From: Lytechinus pictus
Taxonomy: Eukaryota
Length of the DNA stretch: 64,000 nucleotides
Reading direction: 5' to 3'
Assembly (NCBI RefSeq): GCF_037042905.1
Contig: NC_087245.1
Span: 16,742,001-16,806,000, forward strand
Part shown: one piece after another, positions 37,701 to 50,100 of the stretch
How positions within the stretch are numbered: position 1 is the stretch's first letter
How the letters are laid out: each line of letters opens with the position of its first letter
The notes under the pieces: model-generated
What the model was told of the DNA's origin: nothing
The model's database searches: none
What the model saw: only the letters and a program-made list of their open reading frames with translations
Translations under genes and position numbers: made by a program

Positions 37701-40700
37701 AGCGAAATTCAAACTTAAATTGCGTGTCAGAGCAGAAATTGGTTTGTAAAAGCTTAACATTCCAAAATACTGCACTGTGTTTGTATCTTTATAGAATATC
37801 AATACTGAAGTCATGTTGTTCCATATTTCTCTCATACTGATACAGGTTGATTGATCAGCATGACATCTCACTAGCTGAAGCTTTCCAGGAGGAACCATCG
37901 AACAAAGACCTGGTAGAAGCAGTCTCAAAATCAAAGGCTATGCTAAACCAAGTTATCACAAGAAGCAGTGTATTGCAGGTATCAAATCCATTCTATTACA
38001 GGGGCCCATTACATATAACTCTAAACAGAGTTTTTTCAGGTAAAAATCACCGGTAAGAGTGAAAACTCCGGTAAAATGTGATAAAGCAGGGTTTTCCTGT
38101 TCCATAAAAAATAACCAGATTTAATTCTGGTTACTTCTGGATCATTTCCATAGAAACTCTTGTTAATTTTACCTTTATTAGTTGTCAACTTGGTGTTTGA
38201 TTAACCACAGATTTTATGAGCACACACATTTCAAGATGGCTACAGTATTACATGCTCTGGAAAATGCAGCATTTAGAAGAGAATGAGTTTTCCTCGACAG
38301 GTTCCATCCCCTTGTCCTATATGATGATCAACAAATGTTTAAGTTATGTTTGATTGATCTACTTTCTGAAAGGCTCCAATATCAAACTAGGAGAAATTAT
38401 GCTCCCCCACCATCCATCCAAGATTGATGTATTTCAATGACAATGAGGTCTCTTGTTTTCACTTGAAAAACATGTTGGGTGCCCTAATGTCTGTTTATAT
38501 TTAAAAGTCATTGCATGTAGCAATACAATGGGCGTCTTCTTAAATGTCTCTGGTCGAGGGTGTGCTTTATAATGAGGGAATGTTTCATGTGTCATAAAGA
38601 AGTTTACATTATTGAAATTGATGATGATGTTGGTCCTGCCCTAGCGGAGACGACCACAACTTCAAAAATGTCTGTGGGTTCGAAGATGGCTGAATAACCC
38701 AATCTTCGTCCGAAAAAGTCTGTTGCCTTGTGGGCAAGCAAAAGCCGGCAGTGGGGCAGGCACAGTGATGGCGCTTGCTCTGATATACTAGTACCTCAGA
38801 AGGGTGCCACCCTTTAAAATCTGAGCACATACAAGTAAATCATGTAGGGTATTGAAAAGTCTAAGCTTAAGAAAAAAACAGAAAGAGTCAAATTCAGTGG
38901 TGATCGATAGAAAGGGCACTTCTCAGATCACACAATTTAAACTATTCTGGTATCAAAATTATAGGTTTATCCTTGCTTATTGTGATATGCAATTCAGAGT
39001 GTAATTTTGGTTAATAATAATCAGCAGTACCATTGGTTGTACCTCCACTGGGCATAGTGGTGTGCACATGTAATCCAAGCCATTTGGGAAATGTCAAATT
39101 GATGCTGAGGTTCAAGGTTCAAGCTTGGTCATGTCTTTCGGATCGTGATGTTAAAGGTCGGTCCCAGACGTAAACAAATATATCAGATTGAGACACGTCT
39201 GTATAAACTCAAACAACACTGTCCTTTGATAATTCCTGCCCTACATGACTGTGTGATACATGTATTTCTTTTGTTCTAAATCTCTAGGTTACTGTATTGG
39301 AAGATATTCATGCTCCAAGACGAAGGATATGTGTAGCCAACACCCATCTGTATTTCCACCCTCGGGCGGGTCATATACGATTGATACAGACCATTACCAT
39401 CTTGAGACATCTCCATAAGATTCAGCAACAGCACTTGGAGAAGGCAAGTCATATTCTCATCCTCAAGTAGTACATTATACATTGTAGTTCTTATAAATGC
39501 CGAGATCCAACCTAGTAAAAATCCATTTGATAGATAAGTGGTTTTTATTGAGTAAAATAACAAAATAAATACATACAGGCTTAGTAGTTAAAAACTGAAA
39601 TTTATGGGAGAAAGTGTAATTTGCTAAATGATTTTTTCAAGTAATGCCAAGTGATTAGCTATTAATTTGATTTTGGTAGCTATGACATTTAGATCAGTCC
39701 TACACAAGAGTGAGAAGGCCCAAAGCTTTATTGCTAATCATCGCATCATTGAGTTGAGAAATGAGTATTGCTCCTGACACCATCATTATGAAATTAGAAC
39801 TTCTGATTCATATTTTGGTTTTGTAATGATGTTAAAGTGAATGATCAATTGCCTCTTTTGCTTCTGTTAGGTTCTATCAAGAAGATAAAAAATAATATAT
39901 CTTCCATTTTGATTATAAGGACAAAAGATCTGATTAACAAAACAAATCTAGCTTTCTTATTGATTGTAATTGTAATATCTCACAGAATCCAGACATCGAA
40001 TTGGCAATGATATTCTGTGGCGATCTGAACAGTTCCCCTACATGTCCTGGCGTGTATGAGCTCATCTCCAAGAAACATATACCAGAGAACCATGTTCAAT
40101 GGTATTGTGGTGAGTACACTTTTCAGTGAAATCTCTCTATATCATATTTCTCTATTATGGTAAGTCTAATGGGGTGTTACAAGAAAATTAAGTTGTCATT
40201 GATTGCAAGTCAATGGCAAATTAGCAGCTGATCGACTGCAAGTAGCAATCAACCGCCAATTAGCTTTGCTAGAAAGAGGCTCGCGATCAAACACAAGTTT
40301 ATTGCAAAGCCTAGTAAGACTTGGGCTTGTCACAGATTTTTAGACTGGCTGAAGGTGTAGTCCACACTCCTGCAACAGTCGAACAGTGAAACCAACTCCA
40401 AAATGAACGATGATATGCAAAATAACATAATAGTTTGATCAGTCCTGAGTCGGCTTCATTGAGTGATTGCACCATTAGATTAAGTTCACTTGAATAAATA
40501 GAATATGTTAGAGACAAGAAAATGTAATCAAAATTAGTTTTTAATTATATGATAATACGCTGTGAAAAACAAGTGTACATAATAATTTCATTTATTGTTT
40601 CAGATAACGAACATTGCATGACGTTTTGCTCTTGCTTACCCATGTCTTCACTTTCGTCTTTCTCTTTACAGGAGGTAAAGAAGAGTTCTGCGGTGGAATG

Positions 40701-40940
40701 ACCCTGACACACTCTCTTGATTTCACCAATGCCTGTACCAGTCAGGAGTACACCAACTTTGTAGCAGGGTTTGTGGCTTCTCTTGACTATGTCCTCATTG
40801 ATAGTAACCACCTGGAAGTCGTCAGGGAAATCCCCATGCCTGATCATGACGATGTCACAGCACACGTTGCTCTACCGAACGACGTATTTCCCTCGGATCA
40901 TCTCGCGATAGGCTGTGACGTCAGGTGGAAGAATTCTTGA
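34795..40940 (+). CDS. PDE12: 2',5'-phosphodiesterase 12 (mitochondrial deadenylase, EEP/CCR4 family); 7 coding exons, ~612 aa
   Basis: Exons 34795-35648, 36629-36768 (SYNILAD...YREQLILKEL), 37066-37228 (GYNADILCLQE), 37846-37978, 39288-39443 (ANTHLYFHP; GC donor), 39986-40109 (CGDLNS), 40672-40940 (LDYV...PSDHLAI). Joined length is 1839 nt in frame. The Arg/Leu-rich N-terminus resembles a mitochondrial presequence. Confidence 0.93.
36138..36358 (+). mobile_element. tRNA-derived SINE in PDE12 intron 1
   Basis: A-box-like gctcagtcggtagagc, B-box ggttcgattcc, unrelated body, (taa)n tail. Confidence 0.8.
39047..39219 (+). mobile_element. Putative SINE with a 7SL/Alu-like 5' head
   Basis: actgggcatagtggtgtgcacatgtaatccaagccatttggga...gctgagg aligns without gaps to the 7SL 5' end, mostly by transitions. 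It is followed by a B-box-like ggttcaagc and a gatgttaaaggtcggtccc segment resembling the core of the SINE at 36138. Confidence 0.55.
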
Positions 40941-41295
40941 TGGACAAGGTTTACCGTTTGAAGCCGTAAGAAGATTGGGTCTCTGCTAATGGATTGAACT
41001 CAATCCTGTACTGCAGTTTATTATTACACGTATCACAAGTAGGCATAAGATTTTGTTTAATAAAATACTTGCCTTTGCAGATGTCTTCAGAAACAATGTT
41101 CATATTAACCAATTAGTTACTATTTGAATTCAACTAGTTAGATTTATGATTTCTATGACTGTTCATCAAAGACTCCTGGAGACCCTGAGTGGGGTTCTCA
41201 AATGTTAAGCTGGAGCCTGGACTAAACAGTTTTTGGTCCACTCTATGGAATGGAAAAGTGCTTTGATATAATGTAAGTTAAAACAAGAATTATGT

Positions 41296-41579
41296 AATAA
41301 TAATAATAGGCATTTGTATAGCTCCATCTATCTAAAAACAATCTATTCCGAGGCGCATTATTATTATTATTATTACCCCGGCTTTAGCTTGAGCTGCCTT
41401 TCAGTGCCTGGGCATTCAAGGAATTAATCCTGCTGGGTACCCATACACCTCACCTGGTTCAAGTACAGCACAGTGTTGATAAATTTCTTGCTGAAGGAAA
41501 ACACGCCATGGCTAGGATTCGAACCCACAACCCTCTGTTTGAAAGGCTAGAGTCAGAACCACTAGACCACGGCACGCCC
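41296..41579 (-). mobile_element. tRNA-derived SINE downstream of the PDE12 stop codon (probable 3' UTR)
   Basis: Minus strand starts gggcgtgccgtggtctagtgg (A box) ... gggttcgaatcc (B box), with simple-repeat tails. A decayed relative lies at ~50985-51130. Confidence 0.78.
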
Positions 41580-44135
41580 ACGAAAATTCATTGAAATTAT
41601 TTTGATGCTTATATTAATTTTCTTCTCATTTCTCTGCAAAGTCTATTTTAGGGTCACTTTTTTTATTGTGTGATTGAATTAACATGTACTTGGAGAATGA
41701 GTTAGCAACAGGCACATGAGAACAGTGCATGTATATAAAGTTATGGAAGTATTGTTAACTAAGTCAATGCTATAAACATGAATAATGTTGTTCATATGTT
41801 TAGGGCTTCTCAATTTGTTGTTCCTTTTTTTTTTTTTTTTTTTTTTTTACATATTTAGATTGTGAAATAATGAGGGTTTTCAAGTAGCAGGTCAATGTAA
41901 TTATTTATCAGTACCATGTGGACAGAATATTTGAAGAACTTGTTTACAATATATTTTAAAATTTCATTGGTAGATTGATATTAGACCTTAAATATTAGAT
42001 CTTGAAGCCTCAAAGTCAAATATCAATATTGTACTTGTAGATGACTTAATCAACATCTATAAAGGAATAACAGTTTTCTTAATAATAACCAGGTAATCGA
42101 TTATACAGTATCCAGAAGAAGTGAATACACCCTCGTGGATATGCTGTTTCAAAAGCATATCTTTATGTAGAGCTTCCTTTGGAAAGAATGCTTTATGATC
42201 ATAATAAAGTAGATATCCTGTCCAATCCTAATAATGTCTAATCCTCTATTCTCTTATTCAAGTTCCAGTTCAAGAAAATATTTTGGTGAAGAGCTGCAAT
42301 AAAAAGCTGATATTTTTTCTCTTGAATACTGTTTGTGCTAATGTTTCATGGATTTATGTCAACTTGGGTACTTCTGCAGTTCATCCAATGCTTCTAAACA
42401 TTATCTGTGTATTTCTATGTAACACCCAATTTTTATCTACAAATGGATTTGATGTTTTCATATAATTAATTATAGATACATGTAGAAATTAAAATAAAAA
42501 AATTATATACTCTTATTTGGTTGCTTTTGATAGCCCTTTTATGGATCTCTATAACTGGTGTTCTGTTGTAACTTGTATTGTATTCATTCATCAGCTTTGA
42601 TACCACAATACACTGTTCCTAACTTTGGGAAACACAAGACCTATCAACGATTGGTCTAGTCAGCCATAAAAGCCAAAAATCACTCACCCAAGCTAAAGTA
42701 TGCCCAACAGGAAAGCAAGAAAGAAAGTTACTTGTGATTTTGCTGTCTCATTCATGAAGCATTTCTACATTCAGAGAATAAAATTTCTTAACCTCCTTGT
42801 AGAGTGGTATTCCCAATGAAACAAAAGGTGACCATTCAATGAAATTTTGGGTGTGAAATTATATTATAATTAGCTCACAAAAAGGTCAAGGTCAGGGTTG
42901 AGCAATAGAGGGTCATCCTCTGCGAATCTGTTGGTGATATATGAAAGGGGACATCTATTGGGATAACATTGACATGCTCAGTTTCCTTATTGAAAATTAA
43001 ATTGATTTCAAATCCGCACACAAACATACTTTGTACCACATATGAAAATAATTGTGACATAATTGTTTGCAATATACATCAATTTTTAGATGATACAGTA
43101 GGAGGTGATATGATGATGAAGAGTTGAAAGTTGTTTTTCTTTATTAAATAGAATAATTGTAACATTTGTAAGATGCGTAATACTGGGGCTTCTATGTGCA
43201 CAATTTTATCTCTTAATTTATTACCAAAATCTGAAAGTTTAATCAATAACTAAATAATTTTTTAGTTCTCAGGGGGAAATGAGACTACAAACAATATGTA
43301 AAAGAAAAGGATCAGGTATTTGGTGTTCTTGCGTGCTGGTTTCATATTTTTTTAGATTGCTATAAGTGAGATTTACAAATGGACAGTACGTATGAGAGGG
43401 GAAAAATGAAAGTGAGTTTTTGTGTTTGAGAGAAAGAGAGTGAGAGAGGGGGGTGGATCAGAGGCACAATTAAGAGTACACTTGCATTGGAAAGTATGTT
43501 TTTATGTTACTATGATTATTTTATTTACAAAGAACCATGGGCGGAAATCTCTCCCCAAAGGTAGGGTGGACCAGGGACGGATCAAGGTTTTTTTCCCTCT
43601 GAAAATTTGACGACAAAAAAAAAAAAGTTATCACCCAAAATTTGACAAGCAACAAAAAAAAGGTTATCACCCAAAATGTAAGGTTGTTTCATCCAAATTG
43701 ATGTATTTGAATTATCATTTTTTTCCATCATTAAAGACCGCAAATAGTAGGGGGGACATTTGATATTGTGTCCCCCCCCCCCTCCCCCTTTCCAACTGGT
43801 AGGGGGACGCTTCCCCCCGGCCCTGACCCCCTGGGATTTCCGCCCATGCAAAGAACAAACAAGTTTGGCTGTTTTGTTGCATTTCAAGTCTAAAATTAAA
43901 GTAAGGCACTTTGGTCAAGTGAATTAGGATCTAATCGGGAATAAAAGCAATCGGTATTGTGGCGAGCTATAAATGCAAAGTGAAAGCACATCTCGATCTT
44001 TTCAGTCTGTGCTTTATTCTTTTGAAGATACCGTATAATATGATGACACTTTTCGAGCTGCGAAGTTTTACAGAGATTAGCACCGCCCATTTTCAGCTGG
44101 TGAGAAAAATCAGAACAACTTATATTCAATAAGAA

Positions 44136-47100
44136 ATGGCTACAGACGCCAGCGAAGTTCGAAAACAGCACCGCTTTGATGAGGAACGTCTTCATGAATA
44201 CCTGAAGGAGAATGTCGCGGACTTTCCTCAAGGATCATCAAAGATTGAAGTCCTTCAATATAGGTACGGTATCGCAATAGCTCCGCCCCAAAAACCGATG
44301 GAGCCTGAGCGAAATCTGGTGGATCGAATGCGGGGGAGCTCATGCGCTTGGCTATGCTAGGGCTAGTGTCATGAAATCGCGGCCGGGCGCCACTGTAGCT
44401 GTGCGGGTTCAGCAAACTGCAAAATACCACTGAACTCACAAAAACACTCTATACATGTACACCACACATTCATAAGCTCACTACCACACTACAAGATCAT
44501 CCAGCGACATGATCTGAACTCAAGTGAATTTGTCAAAATATTATCGAAGGTGCCAAGCCCAAAGGCTTAAGTTAAAGGCTTAAGTTAAAGGCAAAGCCAG
44601 GCATCATTGCCGTAACGTAGTGAGCCAAAGAGTTTGCCAGATATGTCATATTGGGAAAAATTTATGAAAAGTTGTGAGCGAGCAAATATATTACAAAAAT
44701 CCAATTATATTTGTGATAGAGTTTGAAGTACATGTAATTTTCAGAAAATATCACATTTCACCCTTCTCTTTCCTTTTCTCTTTTTTTTTTTTTTGGGGGG
44801 GGGGGAGAGCTAGTGCCCCCAATCTGTATGCCACTGCCAGACATGCAGGGGTAATTTTTCATGATAAGGTGATTAATGAATCTGCTTATCACATTTCTAT
44901 TTACCGCGGCACCAAGGAATCCTTTTGCAGCAAATGTAAACGAAGGAAATTGGTCTCCCAACTGGAGATTGAAGACTCCCCCATGCAACTTTTTCTCTGG
45001 TGATGTAAATAAGGATTTCTGCAGCAATATATGAACCATTGACTTTATTCTCTTAAATGAAAATCAGATCAGTTAACAAATGGAACAAATAAACTTACAT
45101 TGGCCTATTAAGTATAGAACTTCAAAGTTAAACTCATTTTTTCCATTTTTTACTTATATGTCATGTGTCAAATTTCTAATGATATGAGTGATACCCATTT
45201 ATGCTTACTGCTTTTGCTGAGTATGTTTTTTTTTTTGTCCCCTAGAACCTACTTGACACTTTCCAAATTACTTTCTGAAGGGATATCATTTTTTTACTTC
45301 AATTTTTTGTTTATATTCACCTCCGGCTGCTCACAGTTACTAGGGAATGTCTGCCCACAGGTGTACATACTCTATTTAAAAAGAAAAAAAGAAGATTGGC
45401 ATCAGTACTTTAGATGATAGATCTAGTAATATGTCCAATGCAAAAGGTAACAAGTTAGATTGAAAATGGCAAGACTGTTGGTGTACTTTTTTTTATAGAG
45501 AGCGCTATTAAAGTACTAGCAAGAAGGAGAAGGATTTTGAACCTGTGCCATTGCGTCATTGCAGCATAGCATAGAATATAGCTTTGACCACTAGACCACA
45601 AGCACTTGACTGCAAATACTCAGGTGTTCTAAACTTCAAGACTTTATATGGAAATACTATCCCTCCAATTCACTCTATATTTTTTCAATATCCTGGTAGG
45701 ATTCTTGTCAAGTTGAATATTTCTGTGATTTGCAAATGTAGCTGTTCTATCCAATACAGGTCAGGTCAGTCCAACCCAACCTTTTATCTGAAGAAAGATG
45801 GGAGAGAATTGGTGATGAGGAAGAAACCCCCCGGACAGCTTCTGAGGGGAGCTCATCAGGTATTCAATCTCTGATTCAATTTTTTTTTTTTCATAACATA
45901 TTCAGGAGACTAGATTTTTTTGTCTCACATTATAACATGTTATAAGATTACACAAGATATTAAAAATCAAATGTACAGATCCTTAAATATACATGAGGGC
46001 TTTTATATCTTGGTCATTTACATATTGATTAATGTAATTAATGAAATTGGTTGGATGAGCAAATTGAATGTTAAACATGTACTGCATTTCACATTTTTTT
46101 ATACATGGTTACTGGAAAGTGTGTGTGTGTGAATAGGGAGGGGGGCTTCTGAAACTGGTCAGAGAATTATTGTGGAACTAACTTAACTTTAATTTGTTAT
46201 GATATTCTTGATGAACTAACCATTTTTATATTTCTGCCTTTCATTTATACATTTCATTCGTGCTGTTTCATGCAAACCTGTAAATAGCAAAGAGTAACGT
46301 ATTGTAGAAAATTCTTTCTGAAGGAGTTTTTATACAATAGTTACAGCCCACATGGCACATATGACAACCAATATAATTTGTAATTCTAATTTCAGGTTGG
46401 ACGAGAATTTCGAATTCAAAAGGCGTTATTCAGTGCTGGTTTCCCAGTCCCAAAGCCGATTGCTCACTGTGAAGATGTCTCCGTTATTGGCACAGAATTT
46501 TATATCATGGAACATGTTAGGGTAAGTAATAGAGCCAATATCAAGCAATCTTTCAAAGAGTTTCAGAAGATGGTCAACCAAGGTGTACTCAAAATCACTG
46601 TCTCTCTTTCAAAGTGATTACAAACCACATCTACATGTACATGTATGCACTTGAGTTTTCTTGGGATCTCCATTAAAATTCTGCTCATTAATTCTTATTT
46701 TTCCCTGCACTCAGGATTCATTGTTTACTTAAAATTTCTGTAATTTTTCAAATTTTTTCGCGGCCACATAATATTTCATTAACAGATAATGCAATGATAT
46801 TTCTGGCTTGTACCCAGTATCATTCCATTTTACAGGTATTTTAATAACTGTAATTCCATTTCCATAGATTCACTTGACTTTTCTGATTTAATGACAGGGT
46901 CGTATCTTCCGTGATATTGCCTTGCCTGAGCTGACGCCTGGAGAGAGGAAGGATATCTACTTTGCTATGATCAACACCTTAGCTCATCTGCATAGTCTTG
47001 ATTTCAAGACGCTTGGTGTCCAAGGCTTTGGGAAAGAGGGTGGATTCTGTAGGAGACAGGTAAGCCCTTAAATATGATTTAACTCTGTGACATGAAAGAT

Positions 47101-50100
47101 ACAATAAAAGAGTACAACAACTTGTAATTTTAATTCTAGATGGTGAAGTCTAACAGTCACAATCAGTCATAGATATTAATCACAAACACATGAAATCAGA
47201 GGATATATCGGAAGTTTGTTTTATGTTGATTTTGATTATAAGGTTTGTTTGATAAAACATGCTCTGGAATCAGTATAATGGGTAAACAATGCCAAGTCTT
47301 TTTATTATATTTGAATGATTTCTCTTGTAGTTCATAACAAGGTTTGACTATCTTTGAAATTGATTTTAAAATTAATTTTTAAGAATTTTAATTTAGAGAA
47401 TATTGGATGGCCTTGAGTGGGATGCGAAGAAATATTGTACGAGGTGAAGAACAATATTGGATGAGTCGGAGATGAATCCAATATTGTTCTTAAGCGAGTA
47501 ACAATATTTCTATGCATCCCACGAAAATTAATCATCCAATATTATTATTTAGATACCCCCACAAAGCTAAACATAAATTAATAAAGCAAAACAAAGTTTT
47601 TAACTAACCATCATTTATGGCAAGCCTGTAAATCATGAGCATTGCGCCTGAGTATTGTCCGTTTTTAAAAAGAAATCTCTGTAAAGATGCGCTAGCGTAT
47701 AGTGCACGCGCATTTAAATTCAATAAATCGACGCAATCTCGCTCCGTTCCTCCTGCCAACTAATACGCAATGCAATTTCATTGTGACGTAACAGTAGCTT
47801 CATGCGCACAATCATTTATTAGCCAATGATAATCTTGTGGGTGGGGCAAAATATTCATTTCGTCCAATATTTTCAATATTGGATGGTTTTCATAGGCATG
47901 CAGGTTAAAAATCAGTTTCAATATTTTGTCTCTTTGAAACAACCTCGCAAGACATCAAAAAATATCTGCGCCTCTAAAACCCTACATCTAAATAATAATC
48001 AAAATTAATGGACACCCCCAACTTGAGGAGGATACTATTGATCATAGCCTAATATAAACGTTACTAGGAATATACTCCAAGGTATATATCAGTGAATTGT
48101 TTATTATTCATATACTTGTTACTGCCTAATTATATTCTGTCAGAACAGTGTATCCTGTTTAATTAGAAATGAGATAATCTATTCCTTAAAAGTAGCAAGC
48201 TACATTGAGCAAAGAAGCCTTAGTGACAGTGATTTCCCGTTTAGCTGGTAAATAAAACAAATTCTGATTGGTTCTTATACTTTTCATATAAAAATTCATG
48301 GAATTCACCTTTGTGAAACGGAATTTAGGTTTTTGCTGTGTACATTTTCAGTAACAGAACGGAATTTCCATTTTTAGATCAAGCTGAAACGGAATTACAG
48401 ATTTTCAGAAACGGAAGACATTTTTTTGAAACGGAAAATCACTGTCTCTACAAAGTGCAGTTAATGGGGATTTGTTGCATAGGTCGGTTTGGCTGTATCT
48501 CTTTCTTCCTTCAGATCAACACATGGACAAAGCAGTTCCAAGGGGCAATGAAGATAGCCTCTTTGCCAGAAGTCCCATCTGCTACACAACTCTTCCAGTG
48601 GCTGCCCAACAATATCCCAAGGAATACAGAGAGCACTACCATCGTGCATGGAGATTTCAGACTGGAGAATATGATCTTTCATCCTACAAAGGTGACTAAT
48701 GAGCATATTTTGTTCAAGGATTTAATTTTTATCTTTTGATGACCAAGTTTCTAAGATTTCACTCTGATTCAAATTTTTTTCATTGTGTTAAAATTTCAGG
48801 CATCCATATATTGGAATACCAGATTCCGACCTGTATAAAGGCAATGGAATCGTAAAAGAAAAATTTCCATTAGTATTAGTGGTTATTTTCATTTGCCATT
48901 TCACATTTACATTAGAAAACTACAAGAGTGTGACAATATAGGTTACATGATTGAACCCTGAGCTTCAAACATTGTTTTCTCCTTACTTTCTTAAACTGTG
49001 CTTTGTTTTTTCTTCATTCAATCAAGTAATTGAGTGGATTATTGTTAATCAATTTTGACAAATTTTACATTATTTTAAAGCTTAGGAAGTTCTTTTTCCA
49101 ACTAAATGAGCATCTCAAAATGCTTCGTCTACCGAGGTGCCCAAATATGTAACTCTATTGAATAGAAAATTCCCCCTTGTATCACTTTATATTCCTTTAA
49201 AACACATCTAAAAACATGCTCATCCCCCCTCATCCTGATTATTGTTGTTAGCAACGCCTGCATCATTTCCCCCCTCATTTCAATCCCTTAGCCCCTGCTT
49301 GAGTTTAGGTTATCATTAAGTTATTTTCAATTTGCTCTTTCAATTATTGCTTTTATATATATTTTGCTTTTATTATCATATTGTTTTTTTTCTTTTTTTT
49401 TTTTCTTTTCTTTCACCATTATTGTATGTTCTTATGATTTATGTCATATGACTTTGTGTTTTGTCATTACCATGTTTGATTGTATATTGTACATTTTTAT
49501 TGTTGTGTGTATGGACCCCTACGAAAAACAGCATGTGCTGATAGGGTGTTCCATCCCACAAGTGGTAAAAAAATTAAATAAATAAATAAAATTAATTTTG
49601 GTCGATTTATTGTTCGTTTTGGGGTTGCTGGTTAGATATTTTACCATGTGTGAACAAGGCCTCTATTTTCCATGTTACTGCTTTTATAGCCTGTGGTAAT
49701 TGCAGTACTTGATTGGGAGCTTTCAACCTTGGGCGATCCTCTGACTGATCTGGCTTATAATTGTGCTGCCTACTACTGGCCTGAAAACATGGACAACGCG
49801 ATGGGCAACCCTTTAGGTACGTATGTAGCTCCCGCAAACAATACCTTTGATGTCTTGAATGATAATGATATTCCAATTTTGTGTAGCACTTTATACAAAT
49901 CAATGTGATTTTATTTCATCACCATACAATTTTTCTCTACATGTAGGCGTCAGTTTCTTGCTTGCCCACACTCAATGTATGCACTCTCTCCATTCTTTGG
50001 AGAATTATCAGCAAGATCTTTCAAGTTCAAATTGCTAAGTGTACTATAATTGACTTTCACATCATTCCGGATACTCATGGAACACCTGGGTTGCTAGTGG

